NCBI GenBank assembly: GCA_043228905.1
Contig: JBHGNT010000006.1
Coordinates: 11,098,001-11,162,000, forward strand
From: Azolla caroliniana
Taxonomy: Eukaryota > Plantae > Polypodiophyta
Length of the DNA stretch: 64,000 nucleotides
Direction: 5' to 3'
Positions within the stretch are counted from its first letter, which is position 1. Each line of letters opens with the position of its first letter. Below the pieces are notes generated by a model. That model was not told where the DNA came from. It saw nothing but the letters and a program-made list of their open reading frames with translations, and ran no database searches. This document shows positions 37,850 to 50,976 of the stretch, in pieces. A program made the translations under genes and the position numbers.

Positions 37850-38886
37850 TGTAAAAATGTTTTCCGATTAATAAAACAATCAATACTTTCTATAATACAA
37901 TGCATGGATTTACCCATTACTTTGGTGTGAAAAGTCATGCACAAAATAAAGGGAGCAAGAAGATTTTGATGCATTGTGTACTTCAGGGATGACATAATTA
38001 TTTGGTATGTTGCTCAAATATTCAGATGTGGATATAGTCAAAATATTAGAAAATTTCTTGAATGAGAAAGAATGCAACAAAAGATTCGTTCATGTAAATT
38101 CTATTGAAATGTAACTTCATATTGCTGATTTTATTTAAAAAAATGGTTGTATAGATAATAGTGAAATAGCTACCAATAGCTATCACGGAATAACTAATGA
38201 TAAAAAAGCAAGTGAAAATGGCTATGCAATAATAGTTAACACTAAATTTAAACAATAGACAAAAAGGTCAAGCTTGTGGCCAAGCATCTGCCTATGGATA
38301 GTACTGAAATGAAGAAGAATGTTACGTTTGAGCAAATGTTACAGGATTCTAAGGATATTGGTCATAAGTTTACAAATGCTACTCTAGATCAACTAAAAAT
38401 TCGTGAGAATGATTTTCTTTTACCCGCTGTCGTGAAGATCCGTCACTACGCGCGGATCGTGAGGCGGAACTGTCGGGGTTCTGGACCGGAAGGATTCAAA
38501 GTCGGTACAAGCTTTGGCGCAAGCTTTAGCGAGAAAGTACTTAAGATAGATTGGGAAAGAGAGAAGTTGAGATCAAACGATTGAGAGAGATTGATTGAAC
38601 TTTTATCTTTGGATTTAAGAAACAAGTTACACGATCAATTTGATAACGAATTTCTTCTTCTTAATTTCATAACCCAAAAAAACGTGTTTTTTCTCCTCCC
38701 CCCTCCTTTTATAGATGCTCTCATGCATATGATGCATGTGAGGGTACAAGACATGCATAAAATGCATGTTTGCCATTTGGCGCTTATGTATTACATGTGG
38801 TGCATGATAACCATGTCACTCATTTTAGCTCTCATGTATGAGAATTTACATGTAAAAGTACAATGATAGAAATATAAATTCAACTA

Positions 38887-38958
38887 ATTGGCATGGCTTA
38901 ATGGTAAGCCAATTGACTCCTAACTTGGAGGTGCAAGGTTCGAATCCTTACTTGCCCT
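38887..38958 (+). ncRNA. tRNA-like / SINE-head-like Pol III cassette inside the LTR of element B (second copy at ~51637-51708)
   Basis: Box A-like TGGCTTAATGG with D-arm GCTT/AAGC; anticodon-loop-like CT-CCT-AA; T-arm AAGG-TTCGAAT-CCTT; GGCA/TGCC acceptor-like pairing. Confidence 0.65.
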
Positions 38959-41900
38959 CCTTGTATATGTATATGTTTATATATTTATTTATCTAGTCAC
39001 CGGACGCCGGTTCATCGGATGCCGTCGGTTACTGGTGCCTCGCCGGATGCCGTCGGTTACCGATGCCGTCACCGGATGCTGCCGCTGGATCACCGGCTCC
39101 ATCGCCGGTCCTGTTTTGGTTGGCCAAAACCCTTTACGAGTAGCTAGCCCACCTCCACTCTTAGTTCAAGTTACCTTGAACTCTCTATGCTCCACACATA
39201 GACACAAAGATAATATCTTTTGCTCTACCTTATATATGATGAGAGTCGTATTTGTCGTGCCTACGTGGGATATCTCACAATTTTCTCTTTTCCTTTCACA
39301 AACTTTATACCCTCATATCTTGACATTTAGTTGTTTGTTTCTCGTGTAATAAAGTGCATTCGAAACCTCCATCATTTTGTACTTAGATATTAAATTTATT
39401 TAAAATGTTATCTTCACAATTATTGTATTATGTGATTCATACTCGATTTCGTACGTTTTATGGGATTTTCACACTATTGCCGAAAATCTTCACAACATCC
39501 ACCCCCACCAAACCGCACATCCTCCGGTACGTGCCAAGATTTTGGCTACGGTGATCAATTAGATTCCTCCATGTCTTCATTTACATCCGCCCTATTATGT
39601 TCATCGTCGAGGTGATCGAGGTCAGGATCCTTGTCTTGTCTTTTCTTGAAAATCTTTACTCTTTTTCCCGCAATGGGTACGGCCAACCTTGATCCGTCTA
39701 GTTCCGCAAGGTGGTATGTGGCATTATCGTTGGCACTTGTCACCACATACGGCCCGAACCATCTTCTTGCGAACTTCCTTGTTGTACTGTGTTGATTGTC
39801 AAGAGTGCTGTCGTAAACCAAAACTCAATCCCCTTCTTCAATCTTCTCGGGACGAAGTCGATGCGTGTTGTCGAACCGAACTTTGTTCTTTACTCAGGCT
39901 GCCTCCATCATCTTTCGCGCTTTTCCTAAATCTTCAGGTCTTCTTTCAAGTTGCCTTATCCGCGCCGCTAATAACTCTTCTCGGCTCATCTCGTTCTCCC
40001 ACGGTATCGCTACCCATGAGGCGATCGTCCTTTCGATGGGCATAATCGGCTTTTGTCCATACATAAGCTCCGTCGGCATATACCCTGTCACCGAGCTATG
40101 TGTCGTTCTATCGGCCCACAAGGCATAGGGTAATAGTCGTGGCCAATTCCCGACTCGACCGTTGCATGCCCGTACGATGGCTTTAACGATAGGTCCATGC
40201 CCTCGCTCGATCTTCCCATTCGCTTCCGGATTGTAGGCAGTCATGAGGGAGAGCTTCACGCCTAGTCTTTCGAAGAGCTCCGTCGCTTCGTGCACGTCCA
40301 ACTCCCCTCAATCGGCCACTATCTTCCCTACACATCCATATCGGCAAACAACCTCTTCAAGCAGAAATTTGCAAACGGTTGAAGTCGTCTTATTTGTCAA
40401 GGCTCGTCCTTCCACTTGATTTGTCAAGTCTTCCCTTACCAGCGCTAAGTACTTCATTTGTCCCACTCCCATTGGCATTGAGACCAGATCCACCATCCAT
40501 TTGAAGTGTATGGTGAGTGGGTATGTCGGCTGTAACTCATCACGATGACGTATATTTGAATATATTTGGCAAGTTTCGCATGTGGACACGAAATGGAGTA
40601 CATCTTTGTACATGCTTGGCCACCAGTACTTCTCCTTCAACTTTTCGAACGTCGCCCATGTTCCTCTATGACCTGCCCAAGCACTCTCGTGGAATTCGGT
40701 CATCAGCGTCTCTTGCTCTTCTTTCTTTACCACCACTCGACGTGGTATTCCTGTCCTTCTTTTTGGATGTCGCCAAAGGAATCCTCCCTTCAAGAAGTAT
40801 CGGTAAGCTTTCTTTCGGATTTGTAGGGCCTCCTCCTTTGTCAACGAAGCATCTATCGTCAATGTTCTTAGGAATCTACCGATGAGTAACCACTCTCCTT
40901 TGTACTCGTTCTCGTTGAAGGTGTGGAGGGTTTGCGTGTCCTGGTCTTCCGCCGACAATCGAGCCATCTTGAAGAAGTCGAGGGTGACATCTTCATCTTC
41001 CGAAACCATGTTACTTCCATTTGAAAATCTTGCCCTCGACAGCATGTCAGCCATGGCGTTCTTCTTCCTTGCAATGTGACGGATCTCTAGGTTTAAAGAC
41101 TTGATGTAGGCAATCCACCTTAGCATAGCAAGATCTGGGGTCGCACATCCCGAGACCATTCCGAGAATTGGGAGACAATCTGTCTCTATTATCACTTCTG
41201 ATCCGATCAGGTAATCTTTGTCCGTCTTCACTACCGACACAATACCCCAAAGTTCCCGCTTGACTTGGGCATATCTTTGTTGCTGTTCGCTAAGAACCTT
41301 TGCTCCGAACCGGACGGCATATCGCGCATTATCTTCACCTTCTTGATTGATGACCCACCTGATTCCGGTTGGGCTCGTATCTACGGTCACGTAAATTGGC
41401 TTTCCTTCGGCATAGTCAGCCTTCCTTAGTGCCGGAGCTTCAAGAAGCAGTTTCTTTAATCTTCGCATCGCATTTGTGTGCTCATCTCGCCATTCAAACT
41501 TCATTCTTTTCTTTAGTAGTCCATATAACGGTTCGGCGACATGAGCGTAGTGAGGAATCCATATATGATAAAACGCGCACACTCCAAGGAACCTTCGAAC
41601 CTCCGAACCTCCGTTTGGTTTTCGCATTCTTCTTTCATGTCTTGGATTGCGTTCACTTTGGATGACGAGGGCTTCCGGCCGTATGCTCCACACAAGTGAC
41701 CTACCACCAAGATCTCCGGTTGCCCGAATGCGGATTTTTCTCCCGAAAATGTCAAATTCGCATCTTCGAGCCTTTGAAGCACCTTCTCGCAATCTTTCAT
41801 ATGATCCGCAACGAACTTTCTACAACCTTCCTTATCTTTCGATTCATCTTTCTCCTCATCCGAACATCCTTTTATCGGAATATCATCCAAGAATGGCATC

Positions 41901-42994
41901 GTGATGTCCGGGATGCAATCCTTCAAGACTTTATTCATGGCATTCACCATATGAGCCACCGAGTTCGTTGCGCCTTGGGGTAAGGTACACATCCGCACAA
42001 GCCCGATTGGAGTCCTCATGGTTGTAATGTCCCGACTGTCGATCGCCAATTGGAATTGGTCATATCCGGAGTAGAGATCGCCAATGGAGTAGATGGACCG
42101 GCCCGCAAATGCTTCGGCAAATTCGTCCATGCTCGGACCGATTCAGGCATTTCGAATTGTCACCTTGTTGACGGGTTGAAGATCTTGGATGAATCGCAAT
42201 GATCCATTCTTCTTTGGCACCGTGAACCACCTATTGGAATAAGGAGCATTCGACGGTTCTAGAATTCCCATACTCACCTTCTCCTTTAAGAGCTCGATCA
42301 GCTTCGGAAGGTGTGCTCTCGGAACCGGTATCGGTTTCAAATTCCAAGGCACATGAGGCACCGTGAAGATCACCATCGGCTCTATAACCTTTGGGTCGGC
42401 GCTTCCGATTTCTCGTGGGAAGAATGCGAAAGCCTTCCCATGTCTCTCAAGCATATCGCGAAACATTCGATCCTCTTCAGGGAGAAGGAAATCCTTCTTT
42501 CCAACTCGTAGCTTCCCCTTCGTCTCTTTGGTGAAGACATGACCTATCTTCTTCGGATGTCTTAAGCTTGGATCGTTTGCTACTTCCTTAATCTTTTGCC
42601 AGCTATCTTCCGGTAACGGAGCTGCAACTGGCTTGATCTTCTTATCCACCGTTTTATATTTCGTGTTGATGTCAGCTTCCTTCATCGAGATGCCACGACG
42701 GTATTCATCGATGATAGCGTACATGTTGACGGAGTTAACCGAAAGCACCCGTTGGTTGTGAAGATAGCTCAAGTCCATGACGTCCTCGATTTTGGCAATG
42801 GTGTCGTTAAATGAGGATTCTTCCATAATATGAGTCACGAACTCTCCTTCTTCTATTATGTTTTCTTCTTTCAGCATCTTCTCGAATTCTTGTATCCGGT
42901 GCTTGTGCTTCTTGTCGGGTAGTACTAGTTTACATGCGCCACTAGGTGTGACACATGTTGCTTCTCCTCGCAATCCACGCACTCTTCTTTCTTG

Positions 42995-43057
42995 TGGGGT
43001 CTTGTGATTGCTCGGACTATTTGTGCCCTATGCTTCAATAGTCCGCTCTAAAAATCC
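42995..43057 (-). promoter_or_regulatory. Candidate programmed -1 ribosomal frameshift signal between protease and RT (element B)
   Basis: G_GAU_UUU_UAG, 5-nt spacer, perfect 9-bp stem CGGACUAUU/AAUAGUCCG; the downstream pol ORF (42143-42982) is in the -1 frame. Confidence 0.7.
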
Positions 43058-45117
43058 GAGGATTCGCCTTCGAGACTATCTCGATTCCTTTCATGATTGG
43101 CTGGCACCGTTAGGAATTGGACCGATCTTTGGTTGTCAAGACTCTTTATTCGTGCAAAGGCTGCTCCATTATCGAACACTTTGGTCTCCATCCGAGATGA
43201 TGTGATATAAGGTTGCCCTAGGATGACAAGATGTGATGCCGATTCTTGTACGAAGAAGTGTTGATCCATCTCCACATCCCCAATTGTGACTTTGATATTG
43301 GGACAAGCTCCGTACAAGTCCTCCGTAGACTTTGTTGCCGTGCGAATCTTCCATCCGTGGTTTGTATTGATTGGCCATCTTCCTTTTTTGTAGAAGTCGG
43401 TTGACATGAGATTGATCTCTGAGCCGTGGTCGATCAAGGCTACCACGGTCTCTTTCTTCTCCCCGATCTTCACCGGCGTCTCCGTTGGCGCTCGTGCCCA
43501 ATGAGGTCAAGTATAGTGGCTGTCCACCATATCTTCATCGACTTCGTCTCTTGCCATCGTTATGGCATTCGTTTTTGCTTTTTGCGGCTTCTCTTCTTCT
43601 TCGTCCGATTGTTGTCTCTTTCTCTTTACAAGGTCCACGATCGTGTGATGGAACTCCTTCTTCGTAATGCCAAGCAATTCCCTCAAGGACAAAGCTACGT
43701 GGCTATCAAGAACTCGTTCTTCGAGAATCTTCTTTAGGTCCGTCGTCCGCTCTATGTCCGACCTTAGCTTATAGGTAGGTATAGTCCTTGTCCTCCGAGC
43801 GGGGTCTTCGACACCAACCTTGACGGGCCGAACCGTGTCTTCAACGCGTATGCTCGGCTCCCCTTTTCGGCTTGATTTTCGTTCCTCCGTTTGTAACGGT
43901 CGACTCGTCTCCGCATCGTCCTTCTTTTTCGCGTTCCTTGTTTCATGTCTTTTTGATGGGCCTTGCTCTTCTATTCTCTTTCTCTTTTCTTCGACGAACA
44001 CCTCGTGGTTGTCGCACATCACCTCTGCGAGTATGGTGTTGTCGTCCACCGGATCCGTCTACCCGGTTATGCTTTGCACGCTTCGGTCCGCAAGCTCTAC
44101 CTCGTTCGATGTGACTTTTCCCTTCTTCTCATATTCGAGAACGGAAGTCCAAAACTTTGCTCCCACTCTAGCAGCTTCAGTCTTGTTTTTCCCGACTCTT
44201 ATTCCGGCCGACCCAGCATAGTACATCGCATCCACATGAGTCGCATCGGCATCCTCCATAGATTTCTTCATTCCTCCTCTTCCGAAATTCACCTGTAGGG
44301 GTTTTCTAGTCTCACTTGAGCGGATCATGTTGTCCTCTATGTATACGATATTTTGTCGAATCGCCTCTCGAAGGCTCGCACAATCCCTTCTCATGTGGTC
44401 CATGCTATCGCACCACACGCATCTAAAGGGTTCTTTTCCTTTAGGGCCCCAACGATTCATGTTGGCTAGCGTGACCTTCTCAAACTTCTTCGCTAGCTCT
44501 TCAATGATGTCATCATCAATCTTCTTTTCTTCCACGTTACTTTGTCTTGGCGGCTCAGCTACTTTCGGCGGTCTTGCTTTCTCCGTGGTAGTCGATCCCG
44601 TCAAGTCGGTGTCATCAACCCATTGGCGACGCTTGTCGAGCCTATTGCATGCCCGCTTCACCGCGATCCAGTCCGCTATGAGCCCATTTGCTTGGGTATC
44701 ATCTTCGAGAAGAGTCCCCAACTCCCGTCTATCCTTTATGTCCACGGCCTTCAAGAAGTACAAAGTCTTGTCCTCTTCAAGCAACACTTGGTCCGTATTG
44801 GGGAGACGACGAAACATCTGGTCGAATTCGTCGTACACCCTCGAGACGCTCATCTTCTTATTCTTCTTCTCTATCCACTTCATCAGGGCATGTCGAGTCA
44901 TCCTCGTTGAGTCTTCGGTCACGAACTCCGCTAGTATCGTTTTCTCGAACTCGGACCATGTTGTCTTACCTTCTTGAAGCTCGATGACACGTCTTTGAAT
45001 GTTGTTGGCGAAAACTCTCTTGAAGCTTGCGATTTGACGTGCCTCGGACACGTCCCTCTGATTCATCTCCCTTCTATATGCATCAAGGAACTTCGTAACG
45101 TTCCTTCCATCGAATTG

Positions 45118-45455
45118 TGTTGAGCGGCAAGCTCAACCGGAGCCGGATCGGCTGAATAAGCCGGAGCCGGTAAGCGAGACGGATCGGGCGAAACGGATTG
45201 GTATGACGGTGAGCAACCGAACTGGCAAGCAGTGGAGGCCGGGTGCAATCCGTAACTGGAAGTCCAATCCGAAGCCTAGTATAGGATAGACTACTAGGTA
45301 GCTATAGTCTCGTAGTAAGTGTTAGATGCTCGTGTGAGCATTGAAGTACATGGTACTTCTATCAGTCCCAAGAGGACTTGTATAAATAGTGCTACTTAGC
45401 ACAGTGTGTAGATAGAGTCTCGATATAATTTTGAAATAGTGTTCTGCTCTCTCTG

Positions 45456-45517
<62 letters not shown>

Positions 45518-48500
45518 GTTCTCTGTTTTTTTACGCTTCCGCAAACACTTACGTTTACATGGTATCAGAGCGTGAGGGTTGAGAACCTATGCTGCAGACA
45601 TTTACTCTTGAGAAGAAAACCCTAACAGGTCGAAAACAGACACAGTAGAAGACATGGATAGAGGCATGGCTACGTCGCTCCCGGTGGAGAAGCTCGACAG
45701 GAGCAACTACACATCCTGGTCTTACAAGATGCACTAGTACCTGCTTGGACATGGGTATTGGAGTTATGTCGAAGGAGCGAATGATGCGGCGCCCGACTCG
45801 GCACAGAAGGACTTCCCGGTATGGGAACAGGCGGCAAGCAGGGTGATGTACTGCTTCGCGTCTAGTGTCGGCGATCAGCTACTCAGCCACATCCGTGACG
45901 CCAAGACACCGAAGGATGCTTGGGGGAACCTGAAAAAGGTTTTCGCCGCAAGCACCACTGCTCGGAAGCTGCAACTTAGACAGGAGTTGAGCAATGTTCG
46001 ACAGAAGAACATGTCCGTGGTAGACTACACGGGCCGGATAAAGGAGATCTGGGACTCGCTCACCTCTATCAATGTTACCGTAGAGGAAGACGAGATGGTG
46101 CAGGTATGTCTCGGAGGCCTGGCGTCCAAGTTCGGAGGATTCCGGACTGCGGTGTGTACAAGGGAGAATACCCCCTCATTCTTCGACATACAATCGATGC
46201 TCCTTGTAGAGGAGAACCACGCCGGTGCATCTACCAGTGCATCCCCGGACAACCGAATGCTGTACACGGGAACGGATCAGCTCCGTGGGCATGGTGGAAG
46301 AGGTGGGTCGGCACGCAATGGAGGCGGCCGGCAAGAGCAGGAACGGAGGCACTATGAGCGTGCCGACAGCAGTTCCGGGACTCCAGAGAAAGCGAGTGCT
46401 GGAGAAAGCGAGTGCTGGAGAAAGCATGCCGATTCGGACAAATCCGGATCCGGCAAGACCGGTAAGGATGGCCGGCAAAACTCGCACTACGCAAACGGAT
46501 TAGGAGGATCCGGAACCGGAAAGGCCGGTAAGGGGCCAGCCTTGGTGATGAATCACAAGGCAAACTCAATGAAAAAGACGACTTCCAAAACGGAGGAAGT
46601 GTGGTATGTTGATTCCGGCGCGTCGAACCACATGAAGAGCCACAAAGAGTGGTTCTCCTTTCTAGAGAAACCGGATCAACCAGGAGTAGTCGAAACCGGA
46701 GACGACACTCCTCACCCAATCGTGCACGTCGGAGAAGTCCCTCTAAGCCACATTGGACAGAAAGGAAAGCTGATGAACGTATTACACGTTCCGACAATCA
46801 CGAAGAACCTGGTGTCCGTCGGTCAGATTGTCGACCAGGGGATGCAGGTGTGGTTTACGCACCTCGGGTGCTTCATTGAGGATGAGGGCGAAGTCATTGC
46901 GCAAGGGCGCAAAGACGGGAGGATGTTTATCCTCAACACCAATGACTTTGGCACCGCTCTGTTCACGAAACGACAGAAGGTCGAGTCGGACATCGACCTA
47001 TGGCACAAGCGTATAGGCCACGTCAACTACCGGAGGCTTCAAGACCTGCAAACGAAACAAGTCGTTTTCGGTTTGCCGAAGTTCAGCGGCCGGAGAGCCG
47101 AAATTTGTGAAGCCTGCCAACTTGGGAAGCAACACCGGCTTCCATTCCCCACCGAACGGAACCGGAGCCGTAACAAGCTCGATCTCATCCATTTGGATGT
47201 GTGGGGACCGACACAAAGTGTAAGCCTTGGCGGGAGCCGATACTTCGTCTCCTTCAACGATGACTATACTCGCCATACTTGGATCTACCTCATTGAGCGG
47301 AAGAGCGAAGTCTTCGACTGTTTCTGGAGCCTCCAGAAGATGGTGGAACAGGAATCAGAGAGGAAGATCAAATGCCTTCGGTCGGATGGCGGAAAGGAAT
47401 ATTTTTCGGGCCAATTCACTAGTTATCTGCAGCAGAAGGGAATTCAGCGAGAGTTCAGCTGCAGATACACACCGGAGCAAAACGGTGTGGCCGAAAGGAA
47501 GAACCGGACACTCGTCGAAGCGGCAAGGGCGATGCTGGAGGAGAAGAGCATGCGCCGACTCTACTGGGCTGACAAGGTGTTAGCTCATGAGCTGTATTTC
47601 GGGCGCAAGCCGAACTTAAGACACCTTCAGATATTTGGCAGCATAGCGTATGTGCATGTGCCGGATCAGAAGCGGAGAAAGCTGGATGCAAAATCGGAAA
47701 AATGCATTCTAGTCGGCTATGCTCAAGAGCAAAAGGGGTATAAGTGCTTTAACCCCCGAACGAAGGAAGTCTGAGTTAGCCGGGATGTCGAGTTCGATGA
47801 ATCGGCATCCTGGTACTCCGTACCGACTCCGACTTCTGATCCCGACCCAATGTCGGAAGATCAGGCCAGTGAGCCTGAATCATCCCTGGCAGAGGATGAC
47901 GAAGCCTGGACTCAAGATGAGAGTCCGGAATCGTTACGGTTAAGTGGACCGAACGAGCAACTGAGTCGGTTGGACCAGTCGGATGAAGAGACGACAAGTG
48001 GTGGAGACTCTGCCGTGCTCTCCCCGCGCAAGGAACCGAGGAAACGGTTCACGCGCAAAGAGAAGGGGAAGAGGAAGATGCCTGAATTCGAAACCGGCAA
48101 CAATGAGTCGGATCGGTGCGTCTCCGACTCTGGAAAGGAGAAAGGCGGATCTTCGAAAACGAAGACCGAACTGGCCAAGAAGGGCCTGAAATCAGGTGAC
48201 GGTGCGTTGCGCAGATCAACCTGCCAGAAGGATCCCGTCATACGGTACAGGTATAATGAATACATGGCGCATCATTATGTGTACATGACTAAGGTGACAG
48301 AAGTGCGTGAGCCGGAGAGCTACGCAGAAGCGGCAAAGGACGCAAATTGGCATGCCGCTATGGACGAAGAAATGCGGGCACTCGACGCCAACGAAACTTG
48401 GGACCTAGTTGATCCTCCCCGTCACTATAAACCGATCGGATGCAAGTGGGTGTACAAGGTCAAGTACAACGCCGATGGTTCTGTTAACCGGTACAAAGCC

Positions 48501-50976
48501 CGGTTAGTGGCGAAGGGATACACGCAGACCCATGGAATCGACTACGACGAGACCTTCGCTCCTGTGGCGAAGATGACGACGGTTCGTGTGGTACTGGCGG
48601 TTGCTGCGGCAAGGGGGTGGCATCTTCACCAGATGGATGTGAAGAACGCCTTCCTTCAAGGAGATCTTGAAGAAGAAGTCTTTATGACTCAGCCCCCCGG
48701 ATTTCACTCGGAGATGAGCAAGTCGGCGGTATGCCGACTGAAGAAGTCGCTTTACGGCTTGAAGCAAGCCCCCCGAGCTTGGAACGCGAAGATCACGCAC
48801 CGGTTGCGTAAGCTGGGGTTTGCTGTCTCTAAGTCAGACTCTTCGTTGTTCATCCGGCAAGGCTCTGACAGTCCGGTATGTATACTCTTGTATGTGGATG
48901 ATTTAGTCATCATCGGACCGGGTCTTCCCGAAATCAACCGCGTCAAGTTCCGGTTGTCGGACGCCTTCGAAATGAAGGACCTGGGGGACCTTCATTATTT
49001 TCTTGGGATCGAAGTGATCCGGACCCCCGATGGCATATTGCTCTCACAACGACATTACGTGTTGAATATGCTGTATAAGTTCGGCATGACGGATTGCCGA
49101 CCTGTCTCCACACCCCTAGACCGGAAGCAGAAGCTCCGTCCCAACTCCGGACCGACCTGCAATGAGAAACGGTTCCGACAGGTTGTCGGAAGCCTGATTT
49201 ACTTAACCATCACCCGACCCGACATCAGCTATCCGGTCGGGATGGTAAGTCAGTTCATGCAGAAGCCGACCGTGGAGCACCTTCAGTGCGCGCAACGAAT
49301 ATTACGGTATTTCAGCGGCACTAAGGACCGGGGACTGCTATACCGGCGAGGTATACCCGAAGAGCTTGTCGGTTGCACAGATGCTGACTGGGCCGGCGAT
49401 GCGTCTGATTGCCGCTCCACTTCCGGATACATGTTCTCCATAGGTAGCGCGGCCGTTGCGTGGAGCAGCAAGAAGTAGCCCACAATGGCTTTGTCAAGCA
49501 CTGAGGCTGAGTACCGGGCCGCTACCGTTGCCACTTGTGAAGCCATCTGGCTTCGGCGACTGCTGTGAGACTTGCGGATCGAGGTACCGACCCCGATCCC
49601 GATTTACTGCGATAACATGAGCAGCCTGTAGCTCGCCAGAAACCCTGTGTTCCATGCTTTCACAAAGCACATCGAGGTGCACTACCACTTCGTGCGTGAG
49701 CGGGTCCTGAGCGGTGAAGTTGACCTACGGTATGTTCATACGGATCGGCAAGTTGCCGACATCTTCACCAAGCCGCTCGGATCGGACAAGTTGCAACACT
49801 TTACCGACATGCTTGGTATTCAGCATCTCGACGTGCTGCACTTGAGGGGGAGAAGCAAGGGCAAAGGCCAAAAAATTGTTGAACCTGTCGGTAAGAGGAG
49901 AGCCGGAAGAAGAGGAGACAAGAAGATGAAGGAAGCCGAGTCGACGAAGGAAGTTGACACATCCGAACAGGTCGGAGCAAGCGGCTGTGAAGAAGAGTTG
50001 TGCACTCAGGAAGAGAAGTGCATGCTGTGCGGAGGTCATCACGACTGTATTGACCATGATGCAGAGTCGAATGAAGAATTCGATTTCGGTTCACCGGCTG
50101 AAGAAGTCGAGGGAAGCATGGAGAAGGCCAAGACTCGGAAGTGGTCCGATGTGGTGAGAGGCCTGAAGCCGGAAGTCGAATCGGAGTGTACCGATTCGGA
50201 CAAGAGCTGGAACGAGTCGGAGATAGCTGACTCGGATCAACAGATAGATCCGAATGAGTTAGATCGATTGAAGGCCAAGGGGACACGGACACAGCGGAAG
50301 TCGATGCCATCGTGGGAGAACCGACGGATCGGCAAGCGCCGGAGTCACAACAACGTGAGTGTTGAGATGGGCCTATTGAGCAGACATGTCGACCGAGAGG
50401 GTCGAGGCGCGCAGAACCAAAGGGGTCGCGGCAAATGGGACCGGACCGGACGAGGAGCGCGAGCAAGGCGTAGTGATGCCAGGAGAAGTCGGTTGGAAGA
50501 ACCGACTGTCACAGAGGTCGACACTACGACCCCACCTCAGGTTGAGCTTGAGGGGGAGTGTTGAGCGGCAAGCTCAACCGGAGCCGGATCGGCTGAATAA
50601 GCCGGAGCCGGTAAGCGAGACGGATCGGGCGAAACGGATCGGTATGACGGTGAGCAACCGAACCGGCAAGCAGTGGAGGCCGGGTGCAATCCGTAACCGG
50701 AAGTCCAATCCGAAGCCTAGTACAGGATAGACTATTAGGTAGCTATAGTCTCGTAGTAAGTGTTAGATGCTCGTGTGAGCATTGAAGTACATGGTACTTC
50801 TGTCAGTCCCAAGAGGACTTGTATAAATAGTGCTACTTAGCACAGTGTGTAGATAGAGTCTCGATATAATTTTGAAATAGTGTTCTGCTCTCTCTGTCTC
50901 TCCCTCTCTGTCGAGCTCTCTGTCTCTCTCTGTTGTTCTCTGTTTTTTTACGCTTCCGCAAACACTCACGTTTACA
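45118..50976 (+). mobile_element. Full-length, nearly intact Ty1/copia LTR retrotransposon inserted in the gag of B
   Basis: LTRs 45118-45559 and 50559-50976; 5-bp TSD AATTG; PBS TGGTATCAGAGC 45560-45571; PPT 50548-50558; gag-PR-INT 45843-47774, RT 47850-49478, RNase H plus long extension 49647-50564; a few in-frame stops. Confidence 0.96.

Noticed and set aside
38887-38958. Functional tRNA-Arg(CCT) gene (and tRNA-Lys-like gene in LTR A)
   Set aside because: Anticodon and acceptor stems do not pair canonically, so it is reported only as a tRNA-like cassette
44327-44977. Long antisense ORFs over retrotransposon genes (also 46231-46797, 49801-50466)
   Set aside because: Explained as shadows of GC-rich coding strands; no independent motifs
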